Notes: generated by a model from the letters alone, not told the origin. A stretch of DNA of 64,000 nt from Eledone cirrhosa (GCA_964016885.1 OZ024740.1:282906001-282970000), one strand, 5' to 3'. Numbered from the stretch's first letter, positions 41,199 to 54,087 are shown. Program-made: numbers and translations.

Positions 41199-41201
<3 letters not shown>
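40636..41201. mobile_element. Non-coding element with ~175-bp inverted arms enclosing a minimal hammerhead (PLE pLTR-like)
   Basis: Arms 40636-40809 and ~41018-41201 are reverse complements; followed by (TA)n. Confidence 0.78.
40888..40930 (+). ncRNA. Minimal type I hammerhead ribozyme (Penelope-type, palindromic stem III)
   Basis: ACGGTG-CTGACGA-T-AGCT(AATA)AGCT-T-GAAAC-TA-GTA-CATCGT. Confidence 0.85.
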
Positions 41202-41237
<36 letters not shown>

Positions 41238-41238
<1 letters not shown>

Positions 41239-41490
41239 CGAAGGAAATGTGGTAAGGAACCAGGTGGACCATAACGCACCAAAGTACTCAATACTTAGGG
41301 TAGTAGAGTGGGTAATAGGAACCAGTAAGACCCCGACGGCTGAGCTCAAGCCGTTTCGACGGCTAATTCTGGTCTAGAATACATATATGCATACACACAT
41401 ACATACACATACATACATATACACACACTAGAATACAGAATTAGCCGTCGAAACGGCTTGAGCTCAGCCGTCGGGGTCTTACTGGTTCCT
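41238..41490. repeat. Family C fold-back element in (TA)n; arms carry a hammerhead 3' half
   Basis: AGGAACCAGTAAGACCCCGACGGCTGAGCTCAAGCCGTTTCGACGGCTAATTCTG and its exact reverse complement, separated by a CA/TA spacer. Confidence 0.85.
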
Positions 41491-41505
41491 ATATATATGT
41501 ATATA

Positions 41506-41553
<48 letters not shown>

Positions 41554-41597
41554 AATGATGGCTGCGCGTTGCAAATGGGGTGCATATGAAAAAGTAA

Positions 41598-41699
41598 GTC
41601 CTTCATCAGTGACCCTCCAACCGTCCCAGGCATTTCATCGCTTTAAGGGCCATATACCTCAGGTTGGTGCGAACAACGGCTAAAAAAAGTCGTTGGGAC
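41598..41699 (-). ncRNA. Permuted pseudoknotted hammerhead-like motif, copy B1 (best preserved)
   Basis: Minus strand: GTCC-CAACGACT(T6)AGCCGTTG-T-TCGC-A-CCAACC-TG-AGGTA-TA-TGGCCCT-TAAA-GCGA-T-GAAA-TGCCT-GGGAC-GGTTGG-AGGGTCA-CTGATGA-A-GGAC. Confidence 0.75.
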
Positions 41700-42303
41700 A
41701 CGTAAATAAAGGGGACGTTAGGGTAACAAACAAAATGGTTTAAGCAACGGAAAGTGAGAAGAAATAGACAAGTCCCAGATCTCTATGAATATAAACTCGG
41801 TGAAATCGTGAACAAGAGACAAAAGACCATCAAACCTGGTTGAAATATGAGCAAGGAAGGAATTTCGCACAGGTCTAACGGGGGGAAGAAGAAGAAGAAG
41901 AAGAAGAAGAAGAAGAAGAAGAAGAAGAAGAAGAAGAAGAAGAAGAAGAAGAAGAAGAAGAAGAAGGGGTCTCGTCTACGAATTCGGTAAACATAAGTTT
42001 TGTGAAGTCGCAGACGAAAGAGAGAGAGAGAAAAAAAATTTCATACCGGCTTGACCAAGAACGCGCGAGAAAAGAATTACACACAGGTCAAACGGGAAGG
42101 AAGAGAAGGAAAGAGGAGGAGGAGAGGTAGTGACAGAGAATGAGTGAGTGAAAGTTGAGGAGGAGGCTAACAGAGAGAGAGACTGCTAGAAAGGGTAATG
42201 ATACAAAGAACGAAACAGACGGTAGCAGCAGAAGAAAAATTATGTGTAAATATGATAATAATGATGGCTGCGCGTTGCAAATGGGGTGCATATGAAAAAG
42301 TAA

Positions 42304-42405
42304 GTCCTTCATCAGTGACCCTCCAACCGTCCCAGGCATTTCATCGCTTTAAGGGCCATATACCTCAGATTGGTGCGAACAACGGCTAAAAAAAGTCGTT
42401 GGGAC
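42304..42405 (-). ncRNA. Permuted hammerhead-like motif, copy B2
   Basis: Identical to B1 except CCAACC>CCAATC (G-U wobble retained). Confidence 0.73.
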
Positions 42406-42790
42406 ACGTAAATAAAGGGGACGTTAGGGTAACAAACAAAATGGTTTAAGCAACGGAAAGTGAGAAGAAATAGACAAGTCCCAGATCTCTATGAATATAA
42501 ACTCGGTGAAATCGTGAACAAGAGACAAAAGACCATCAAACCTGGTTGAAATATGAGCAAGGAAGGAATTTCGCACAGGTCTAACGGGGGGAAGAAGAAG
42601 AAGAAGAAGAAGAAGAAGAAGAAGAAGAAGAAGAAGAAGAAGAAGAAGAAGAAGAAGAAGAAGAAGAAGAAGAAGAAGAAGAAGAAGAAGAAGAAGAAGA
42701 AGAAGGGGTCTGGTCTACGAATTTGGTAAACATAAGTTTTGTGAAGTCGCAGACGTTTGTTTGTTACCCTAACGTCCCCTTTATTTACGT

Positions 42791-42892
42791 GTCCCAACGA
42801 CTTTTTTTAGCCGTTGTTCGCACCAACCTGAGGTATATGGCGCTTAAAGCGATGAAATGCCTGGGACGGTTGGAGGGTCACTGATGAAGGAC
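42791..42892 (+). ncRNA. Permuted hammerhead-like motif, copy B3 (in the inverted tail)
   Basis: Identical to B1 except TGGCCCT>TGGCGCT. Confidence 0.7.
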
Positions 42893-42898
42893 TTACTT

Positions 42899-42948
<50 letters not shown>

Positions 42949-43166
42949 TTGCTTGTGTGTCTGTGTCTATATATGTATGTTTCCATGCATGAATGAATAC
43001 ACTAAAAGTTAGATTTAGTAGAATGTACAACCATGATTCAAGCTACTTGTACTATCGTATATTTTGGTTTCTAGTAATTCCCTGGGGAATTGGTTAGCCA
43101 AATGCTTTGCTTGTCTCATTTATTTATTTTTTTTATTCTTTCTCTTAGATTTCAGGTATTTTTTTA

Positions 43167-43277
43167 AAATCCAGAGTGGCCCCTAAAATCCTACAGTGGG
43201 CCCTGCAATGCTACTGTGGGCTCTTGCAATGCTACCGTTGGCCTCCTGGGGCCCACTTGCCATTGGGCAAGCTATCC
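43167..43277 (+). mobile_element. Right arm of the hAT-like element
   Basis: Resumes at AATCCAGAG, where the left arms stop; ends CCAGTCAGCCACTG, inverted relative to CAGTGGCAGACTAG. Confidence 0.55.
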
Positions 43278-43372
43278 ACCTGGCCAGTCAGCCACTGCAT
43301 ATATGTGTATGTATGTTTATAAATCAGGATGGATTCATTTTGAAATTGGTTAGACCTTTAGTCAACGCAATA

Positions 43373-43491
43373 CTCGTTACTTGGCGTAGTAGCGTATGGT
43401 TATATTATAAAGAGTCGGGTCCCATACGGTTGAGCTCTTGCCGTTTCAATAGCTAGTTCCTGTCTCAGTCTGGAACTAGCTATTGAAACGG
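43373..43491 (-). repeat. Family C-related fragment ending in a 20-bp hairpin
   Basis: CCGTTTCAATAGCTAGTTCC-11 nt-GGAACTAGCTATTGAAACGG; homologous to 29461. Confidence 0.65.
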
Positions 43492-44368
43492 ATGACCTAA
43501 TTATTGAATTAGCTTACAAAGAGGCAGAGTATTTTACAGACACCAGTATTTTTTAATCTAATTCTCATGGGGTAACAGCGTGACACAATATATTTGAAAT
43601 ATGGGTAGAATCCATCTGACGGGTTTCCATATATTATCCATCTACTCAATTTTACTCACATGGCTTCATCCGACCCGTGGCTAAGCATTTCTCTTTCTTC
43701 CTCGTCCCTCTTCTCTTCAATTCTGTGATAGATTTATCAATGATAGAGAGGGGAAGAAAACGAAAGTGCAAGGTTGTCAAACAAAGTAATTTAGCTCGGC
43801 TGACAGTTATCGCTAAGAGATAAAATTTATGTTGACTTGTTTAATATACTTAAAATAATAGCTCAACAGGCAAATACTTTCTGATCAGCTGAAATTTTTC
43901 ATCGGTCAAAATTCCTTATTGGATTAAAACCCCTACACGAAAATCTATGGAAGCCGGCCAAATGAGTCACTACACATATATCACTGCAATTATAATTTTT
44001 CTAAATATTCATCTCATCTTCAGAGATCAAACATTTAAATATAATTATATCCACTGTATTTTGATTGGTTAAGTCTTTGGACGTCACTAAATGAATTATT
44101 CCAGGATATGATACATACTACTTGACAAGATTTAAAATAGGAACGTTTATGTCTAAACTAATGGTAGTGACCAACGTAGATTCATAATAGGAAACATTGT
44201 AAAAATAACTAACCTGCGGGATTTAGAGAAATAATATCACTCTTACTATTATTTTGCTTAGTTTATTGGTTTGTGAAGTGGTGGGGTTAGGCACTTGAAG
44301 ATCGGTAAGATCAACGGTGTTTGTGTTTCAGGATGATAATGAGGATGATAATAGCGGTTCCTAATTTA

Positions 44369-44568
44369 GGCACAAGGCCAACAGTGTTGGGGGAGGGGAA
44401 GGCGATAAAATCGACCCTAGTACATGACTGGTACTTTGTTTTATCGACCCCGTAAGGATGAAAAGCAAGCAAATTTAACCATGGCAGGATTTGAATTCAG
44501 AACATAAAGAGCCAGAACAAATACCGCTGAGCATCTGTCCAAGGCTCTAACCACTCTACCAGTCCGCT
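44369..44568 (-). mobile_element. Type 3 SINE
   Basis: Matches the window consensus. Confidence 0.8.
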
Positions 44569-45559
44569 AAGATAATAATGATAATTATGATCATGATGAT
44601 AGTGATGCTGCTGTTGCTAATTATGATGATATTGAGGCTAGTGGTGGGGATTGTAATTGTAGATGCTCGATGCGAACGCGATAGTAACATGAACACCAAG
44701 AACATGTTCATAATATCTTCACTATTACCATCATCATCCCCATTTATACTTCCTTGCATACAACCCACAACCCCTACGATCCCAAGCCAATACTACCTTT
44801 CTCCACCTCACCATGGTCATTACACCCTTACCAACAACATAATACCAGTACCACCACTAGAAACTCCACTGCGAGTGATACAACTAGTATCAGCATTATC
44901 ACTCGTAGCATTAACTTAAATAACTACCACCATCACAACTGCTAATGAAGCTGGCACTATAACTACCAACAATAAGCCCATCTACCAGTACCACCATCAC
45001 TAGCACTGTTTCCACCATCATAACCACCAGTGATACTACTAGCACTACACGTATCACCACAAACATCACCAGCAATAACACAACGGCCACTACCATAACA
45101 AAAACCATCACAATTATCGTTGGTGCAGACACTATAACCACCACCAATAACACCGCATTTGTAGCAGCAGCAACTCACCAGCGATATGTTAGGTAGGAAC
45201 GAAGAGAGAAGACATCATCCAAGAGACATGTAGTACAGTAGATTGGTTGATAGAACTCAAGAAATAACAATCTCATTGAAGCATTACTTGCTATGTATCG
45301 CAATCGCCATAGAAATCAAGACCAACAAAAAACAAACAAACAAACAATTAGTAGCATAACAAGAGATAAATGAAAGTATTGGTGAATTTATAAGCATTCC
45401 TAGTCTGGAATAAGTAAATTGCTTTAGTCACTTTAAATATAAGTAAATATATAGCATTGACGACACTTTTATGGTGCAGTGCTTAAATTTGATGAATTGA
45501 GAAACATTACTGTCCTCTGAACACACACATATAGGTACACATAGATACCACATACTCAC

Positions 45560-45581
45560 ACGCACACATATATGTATATAA

Positions 45582-45649
<68 letters not shown>

Positions 45650-45827
45650 ATATATATATATGTATGTATGTATACCTACCCCCCACTCTCCTGAGCGTAA
45701 AATTAATAAACATTTATTGTACTGCCTCTCTGTTTTGTCCCTGTTCAAATTTTTCCATTATATATATATATATATATATATATGTGTATATATATATGTA
45801 TGTATGTATATATATATATGTATATGC

Positions 45828-45860
<33 letters not shown>

Positions 45861-46036
45861 TATATATATATATATATATGCATGTGTGTGCGTGTATATA
45901 TAAATGAATACTCATATATATATCTATATTTATGTGTACATGTGTATGTTCTAAGCTGTGAGAAACGTAAACACAAAATGTATATACTTAAGCTTGTAAA
46001 CATGTCTTATCTACGTGTAATACACACTCACATGCA

Positions 46037-46125
<89 letters not shown>

Positions 46126-46142
46126 ACACACACACCCCACCC

Positions 46143-46174
<32 letters not shown>

Positions 46175-46226
46175 CATACACATACATACACACACATATG
46201 TATATATATGTATATATATATATATA
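45560..46226. repeat. (TA)n and (CA)n microsatellite cluster
   Basis: Direct reading. Confidence 0.9.
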
Positions 46227-46374
46227 GTCATGATTTGAGCCTATATTAAATATACTCTCTCCGGATTAATCTGATTAATATGTATGAAGCACGCATTTAA
46301 ATATTGTCACCTAGTTCTTGACTAAAGAAAAGCCATATAAAAATAACCACAACAATAACATTCACCAGCATCAA

Positions 46375-49160
46375 GCACACAAACAATAATTCCTTCTTTA
46401 TTGAACTCTAGTACCGAAAAGCAAGTGACAGTACAAATTGACAAAGACAATATGGATATACATATAATTAATTGTGTAAACAAAGAAAACAGTTAACAAA
46501 ACAACAATGAGTTAAAATAACAGAATTCCTCTATAAGGGGAGTGAGTATCATCCTGGTTAGAATAGGACTCCCCACAGATCCGAAACTACCCTAAATTGA
46601 CAATAGCAAACTTGGAAAATGTCACTTTCCATTCTAAACTCTCCAGCGTACAGGCGATTGCTCAGAATAGGCCCATACACTCGATTCAATCCCGCTACAT
46701 TCACACACATTTGAATAAATGTACTGGAGGCAATACTTCTTCTCCACTTCACCATCCTTTCCAAATGAAACTTGAAAAAGTCGATGAGGGCTTGGCTGAA
46801 GAGGAAAGTATATTTCAATCACGTTCTTCTGACAGCATTTCCTTGCCTGTAGAATATGTCGCAAACCGGCATTTCACCCTGGTAGCATTGTCAGGCCAGG
46901 GATTTCTGGAAATTACCCCAAAACCCGGACCGAAATTCTTATTTAACAGACTGGCTAGTTCTCGTGGACGTCTAAACACTCTCCCAAAACGTCGCCGCCC
47001 TCACCCATAACTACCCCTCTATAGAACGACAACTTAGAATTTCCCCTAACTGCATTGCCCGATTGGTAGAGTGCTGTGTGCGCCTAACAACATTCCTGAT
47101 GCTAGGCACCCAGTCTCGGTCTTCGTTTGACACACAGAGACGTGCTGCGGAAAGGCTTTTCTCACAATGGATGACATGTTTTGTGTATCATCAGCAAACG
47201 GGATTTCCAGTCATCCGCGCAAAGAGTATTGGCAGCAGATGTACCACCTAACCTGGACTGGGACAAGGCACGTCGAGACGGAAGCGACATTACGCATTCG
47301 TCACTTCCAACCGACTTTTCGGGGATAGATTCTCTCAGTCCATTTCTGTGGCGGAGTGAACATCATGCTTGTCAACTCGACAGAGTTCGATCACGAAGCC
47401 CTGCAACGACTCCAGTTTCCGCAGTAAAGGCTTGGGAATCGGCACGTACAAAAGTGAACGGAGGGGGCGTCATTGACGGATGGAGCACGTGCTCTGAATC
47501 GGTTCCGGAAAGTGACCATTTAGACTAACCACAGTATGTGCTGCAGTGCTTTGCACCGATTCAATTTCCGATGACAGGAACGAAACCGGCTGCTTTGAGT
47601 TTACACTTCAGATATCGATAATCGACCCTATCGAATGCCTTCGATTCATCTTAATTTATCAGAATCCTGATCTCTTTATGATGTATCACATGAGATAGAG
47701 GTTGTTATGTATAAAAATGGTCGGAAATGTTCACGTTCGTGCTTTCCCTACATGACCTTTGACGAAAAGCTCCAACCTTGTTGCTAACACATTGACCACT
47801 CTTAACCTCTGTGTTCATGACAGATATGGAGTGGAAATTATCGATAACTATCTCTACTATCCTCATCCTACTATCAGTGTTACTACACTACACCCCTACT
47901 TAGAGTGTTGGGAATACCCCCCCCCCCTCTTTATGTTGTTGTTTGGTCTAGTCAGCTTTAACGAAATCGGAGAACAAGCCAGAAATGTCTACGTAAAGGT
48001 ATTAAGGGAGATAATCGAAACCAGGTAATTTGAGCACCGTACAGTCGCTTAGGGCATCCCGTATCTAAGCTGCTGTTGTCAGTTTTTCGAAGCACTCTGC
48101 CAATATGCCCGTACCCACGTATGTCCCGAGAAAACTGCAAGGCTAGGGACTTCTGGACGTTATCGATGGTCCCTGGGCCTAAAGTTCTCCTGAAATGATT
48201 GACTAGTTGATTGTCGCTGAGGCCCAACGTTTCCCGTAGAACGTCGTCGCTTTTGCCCGCTAATAACCCTCGATAGATTTCCGAGGTGAAGTTTCCCCCG
48301 ATCGTACTGCCCAACTGACAGAAGGCTGTGATGTAATCACTGGATGAGATTTCTGTCTTCAAGTGCTCCTTCTACTTTGTTTGAACCAGGACTGCAGTAC
48401 CGTCAAGAAGATGAGCTGAGTAAACAAGTGTCTAGCGAACAGCACCAACAGTCAACAGTCACTGAAGAGGTCTTGACAGTGAATAGTTCAGTGGAATCTG
48501 TCCCTTCCACAAAAAGTGAAAGAGTAATCGTTTCAATGCAGTCAGACGTGAACCAGAACATAGCACGATGGTCAGGTGGTTGTAGATAAGGAACGCGATG
48601 TATGCGTTTGCCACCTCTGCCCGACCTTTCAGAGATTGCATCCTCTCGGCCAACTTTTGGGTGAGAGATGCAACCCTGCTCGTTTGCTCGTCCCAGCATT
48701 TGTCCATCTGGAGGTCCAGACCAAACCAGTCCCTTAAAAATTTAAGTTCAGCTCGACATCACTGTTAGATGGCATGGATCTGCCTCTCCAGGTGCCAAGC
48801 TGCAGGCTCACAGACATTTCGTGGTTAACCTTTGCTCCTGTTACCGCTTCGTACTCCTTGAGTGCGGTGCCGATCATCCCAAATTAATTGACACGTAGCT
48901 TTCACATCCTAGTTCCTGGGAGAGCCCCTCACTTTAATGTAGTAGTTACATACAATAAGGACGAGAGGGGACAGCCTTGTTGGACTGAGCGCATGTGGTT
49001 GTACAGTTTCTAGAGGTGACCATTCTCTCTAACCACAGTACAGATATCACTGTGCATTGCAGTCATCCAGCTTCTGTAAATGTCCAAATCCGACTACCTT
49101 GAGACCGATCTCTAGGTACCGAAGGCCGACTCAATCGAAAGATTTCGATTGATCTAACCT
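46375..49160 (-). mobile_element. Decayed, internally rearranged Tx1/L1-clade LINE
   Basis: Minus-strand RT remnants: QGCPLSSLLYV (~48950-48985), SLKGRAEVANAYIA..IY (ORF 48459), a second KAFDRVDY..L block at ~47620-47650, and a 3' end near 46400. Confidence 0.75.
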
Positions 49161-49731
49161 ACTCGTGGTATGTGTTTAAAAATAATAATATTAGTAGTAA
49201 TAGTTTCGAATGTATGTGCGTGTCTGCATGGCTGTCTGAATTATTAAAAAAAAAAAAAATACTGACACCACAACTGGCGAAGCGTCACACTACAGTGGTA
49301 TGTCGTGGATTAAACAACTTCAAAGTGTAGTCGTAGTTTCATTAAAATTATTTTCCTCGAGCTGATACTTTTAAACAATCTATCTATCGAGTATAAACGA
49401 AGAAAAGGAAACAGAAAACTACTTATTTACTAATATGGTTTTCATAAGATAAATGTCTTACCGTGTTTCAGCTAACGTCATCTCATTATCTTATCGCTCA
49501 ATGAGACGTGTTTGTCATTGTCAGTTTGTTAATGGAATGTCCGAAAGCTATTAATGAAATTAAGACTTGTATTTGTAAATCATACAAATTTACCAATTCT
49601 TATCTTTAGGATAGCAAATCTCAAAAATATTTGTCTTTGTCATTATTCGACAGTAACTTAATCTAGTTTAACATAGTGGTTTCACATGGGAAAATGTGTT
49701 TGTAGAAAAACTCTGATTAATGAAATATATA

Positions 49732-49972
49732 TATTAGGTTGTCTCACATGAAATGTCGTATTTTTAATAAGTTTTTTTATCAGCCATTTATAAGCTCGAT
49801 TATGTGTATGCTTGTGTTTAATCTTAACTATCTTTTATTCCAGACAATATTACCATTCAAAATCGCTACCCACAATCCTATGACATGTTGACTACTGAAC
49901 AATACCGAGTGGTTTTCTTGTACGAAGTCAAGCTGGGTCACTCGGCCTCAGAAGCCCTTCGAAACATTAAGT
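49732..49972 (+). mobile_element. mariner transposon 5' fragment (TIR plus start of transposase)
   Basis: TA-TTAGGTTG.. TIR-like start; translation VVFLYEVKLGHSASEALRNIK resembles the Hsmar1/Mos1-type N-terminal HTH. Confidence 0.7.
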
Positions 49973-49979
49973 ATATATA

Positions 49980-50125
49980 GGAGGCGCACTAGCAGAGTCG
50001 TTAGACGTATGCTGAAATTATTTGCGGTACTCTTTGTTCTGAGTTCAGATCCGTCCGAAGTAAACATTGTCTGCCATTCTTTTGAGGCTGATAAATGAAA
50101 TACCTGTTCAGTACTGGGGGCAATT
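49980..50125 (+). mobile_element. Diverged type 3-related SINE
   Basis: GCAGAGTCGTTAGA...GTTCTGAGTTCAGATCCG...GATAAATGAAATACCTGTTCAGTACTGGGG. Confidence 0.6.
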
Positions 50126-50787
50126 CATCTATCCATCTTTCACACATGCTCTTTCTTTCCGTCTCTGTTCTCCCTCTCTCTCCCTACTTGCCCTACGTCT
50201 CTCTCATCTACCTCCCCACTCTCCACATTCTTTCTGTCTCTCCCTTCCTTGTAAACCTCCCTTCACATTTATTTTTATTTCCCCCCCCCCCTTTTATCAT
50301 TTACTTTACCTATTCTATTTCTTTTTTATTCTTCCTTCGTCTTATAGTTCTACGATGTTTTACCGATTCTGCTAATCGACCGCTCTAAAGAATATATCAA
50401 TAATAACATTGGTCGGATTTATTCCGATTCCTTGTGATCTGAAATCAAATCATGCCAAGATAAATTTGCCTCCTATCATTCTCGAATCGATGAATAAAAT
50501 ATCAGTTTAGGGTGGTGACCTGACGCACTCATTAGAGCATCGGACAAGATACACTACGGTGTTTAATCTGGTACTTTGCGTACTGTTCGAATCCCACCAT
50601 GCATCACTTGGGGTGGGTGGAAGATATAATCCATTGCCCAGCTTAATACTGCCTCCTGACTCTTGAGTGTATTTAGTGAAGTCCACTATTTTGCAACTAT
50701 ACAAACCAAGTTCCCAGTTTGAGTATAATTTCCTCCTACATGATTCAGAAAACATGAAAGAGGTCATGGGCTCCTGACTTCGAGATA

Positions 50788-50827
<40 letters not shown>

Positions 50828-50914
50828 ATACTACTGTCACTACCGCCGCCACCACCACCACCCACACCACCACCACCATCACAACCACCACTATTGTTCA
50901 CAACTACACGATGC

Positions 50915-51620
50915 CCGTCGACCGCACCTGGCAGAAGAATGAGGTCTGGTATGTTATCAAGCTTTTCTGACTTGATGTGCAGAATGATCTTCGACCACTT
51001 CTTCTTCAGATTCATTTCCCTTCCAGGATTATGTCGCTTCACTCAAGTAAACACAGTCCAATATATCTACCTCTGATGGGATTCCGGTAACCCTGATGTT
51101 TACTGTCTTTTTCCTGAATATGAAGGGTAAACGTTGTATTAGGTGCTGCAATAGAGAACTATAGAATGCTTGAACACGACGAGCTTGGCTTTTAAAAATT
51201 ACTCCTTGTGACGCTAAACTCCGCCAGTTGCACACTGCGCATCAACATGTGATATCACTCTGCAGAAAGTTCGATCACCAGCAGCAGAGTTCAAAGAGCA
51301 AAGATCAAGTCGAGTCCATAAGTTGACATTGTCAAGCCATCGTTTTTGCTGCCGGCTTCTGCTACTCTTACCAGCCAACCTTCCTTACAGACATAACCTA
51401 CTCACACCACGAGTTGATCTTTTTATATGGCCGTATAGTTTGAGTACTCTTGACTTAACAGTTGTGTTATATGGTCTTGACTGTGTTAATTGGACGACAA
51501 GGTCAATTCAGAAGCTCTCTACATTCCAGAACCACAACATGAGACTTATGACTGGCAAACAACTCAGCGACTGTATTTGTATCAGTGAGCTGCTCAACAT
51601 TACAAAAACTTTAAAATAAG
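50915..51620. mobile_element. Decayed RTE-like LINE RT C-terminal fragments
   Basis: + strand VVLYGLDCVNWTTRSIQKLSTFQNHNMRLMTG (51455-51560); a similar thumb-region remnant on the - strand at 50915-51250. Confidence 0.5.
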
Positions 51621-51873
51621 TGATGTTGCCCCAAACTGCCTTGCCCTTGCGATATGTTTAATATCGAGCTAAACATTCTTGAAAGCCTTTTCAATATGCG
51701 AATGGGATGATGCATATGGCCCTCTCCTCCTGGTTGTGATATACCGGTAGATTATGTTCTTTTTAGCACTTGTTGCCAACATCTCGGACAAGATGTCTAC
51801 TTCGGCCAACGTCGTTTCAATGTTGATTAATTTAGCCGCTTGTGCCAAATAAGTCTTTATATATTATTTAAAA

Positions 51874-52157
51874 AAAGTCTAAAGTCTGCCTTAAGCCAGA
51901 AGGGTGATTTGGCCGGTGCTTATCCCGGTTACATGGCGTGAAGCGACTGAGAGTACAATACTCCCCACTGGATAGAACACCAGTCCATCACAGGGTTAAA
52001 CCTCCAGCTATTGCTGATACTCATTTTCAGCTGAGCATACTAGGGCAACGTGAAATGATGTGGTTTCCCAAAGAACACAACATGCAACCCAGGAATCGAA
52101 CCCACGACATTATGATCGCAAGTCCAACACTTTTACCACTAGGCCACGTGCCTCCAC
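51874..52157 (-). mobile_element. tRNA-derived SINE, second copy of the 24923 family
   Basis: Reverse complement of 24923-25205; the two spurious ORF translations are nearly identical. Confidence 0.9.
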
Positions 52158-52413
52158 TTATATGTTATACTCATTTCAAAAACATTTGCTGCTTTTGCAA
52201 TTGGAATTTTGTTATATTGTTCTTCTGTAGAGTTTATCTCGAACCGCCAATGCCCCCTGGTAGCACTCCAAAGTGACGGACCTTAGGAAATTGTCCATAG
52301 ACCCCCAACTCGAGTGTCCTCCGGAACAGACAAGTCAGTTCAACTTCGTTGACTCCCACAACCTCGCCGAGTGCGTCGTCACAATAATAATAATTATAAT
52401 GATTTCTAGTATA

Positions 52414-52520
52414 AGCACAAGGCCAGTAATTTTGGGGGAGGGCAAAGTCGATTAAATTGACCCCAGTATGTTACTGGTGCTTTATTTTATCGACCCCATA
52501 AGGATGAAAGGCAAAGCTAA
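52414..52520 (-). mobile_element. Truncated type 3 SINE
   Basis: Matches the window consensus. Confidence 0.75.
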
Positions 52521-52539
52521 ACAATAATAATTAGTGAGA

Positions 52540-52970
<431 letters not shown>

Positions 52971-53279
52971 TTTATAATCTATAATATATACATTTTATAT
53001 AACATCATACTGAAATACTGAAATCATCTAATCGCTCACGTCACTAGTGATAGCTGCAACAAAAGAATGACGTCAGTATTGTAAAGCTAATAAGTTACAG
53101 TTAGGGAACCGATCATTCATTGGAGCGAAGTATTTTATCTTCCATAAATAAATTCTGAGAGACAACGCTTTGGGTTTCCCTTTATGTAAATGATACAAGT
53201 TTTCAAAATTTTCATTTTAAACGAACACGTACATATACACTCGCACACCCTCAGAAACAAATACACACATGCATGCAAA

Positions 53280-53314
53280 CATGGGCACACAAATACAAAT
53301 ACACACACATACAT

Positions 53315-53394
<80 letters not shown>

Positions 53395-53480
53395 GTATAT
53401 ATACATATATATATTTATTATTTTATATATATACACATACATACAGAAATGTGTACACCACACACACATATACATATATA

Positions 53481-53511
<31 letters not shown>

Positions 53512-53764
53512 TCTATAATTTACATATATACACATACAAACACAAATATGTACACACACACACATATATATATATATGTGGATGTGTGTGCGTCTGTATG
53601 TGTGTAGTCATTTACTTACGTTGAAATATAAGTATATATATATATTAAAAAATAATTCACATACATACATCTACACAAAAGTCACCATGCGCATAATCTG
53701 TCGCTCTCACACAGTTTTGTTCATTCTCTTCCCCCTCTCTCTCTTTCTTTACACACACACACGC

Positions 53765-53863
<99 letters not shown>

Positions 53864-54087
53864 TATTATATGTTTGTATGTGTGTATATGAGAATGTCTG
53901 TAAAAAAAAAAGATCGAAACTAATCAAATTCCTATCAAATGAGTAAACACAGACAAAATATGATAGAAAAGTTTTGTAGCTGGATTGGTCCAGGCAGATT
54001 TATAATTTCCCCTGATAGAATAACAATAGTTTTAGCGTGTGTCTTTTCTGATATCATCTTCGTTTCTTCTTTCTAGCAGGACTGATT

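Larger units (their letters stand above)
41552..42905 (-). mobile_element. Non-coding tandem element B (706-bp unit, ~1.7 copies, plus a 150-bp inverted copy), flanked by (TA)n; retrozyme/pLTR-like
   Basis: Direct repeats 41552-42016 and 42258-42755, each with a (GAA)n tract. Bases 42756-42905 are the reverse complement of ~41583-41734. Confidence 0.88.
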
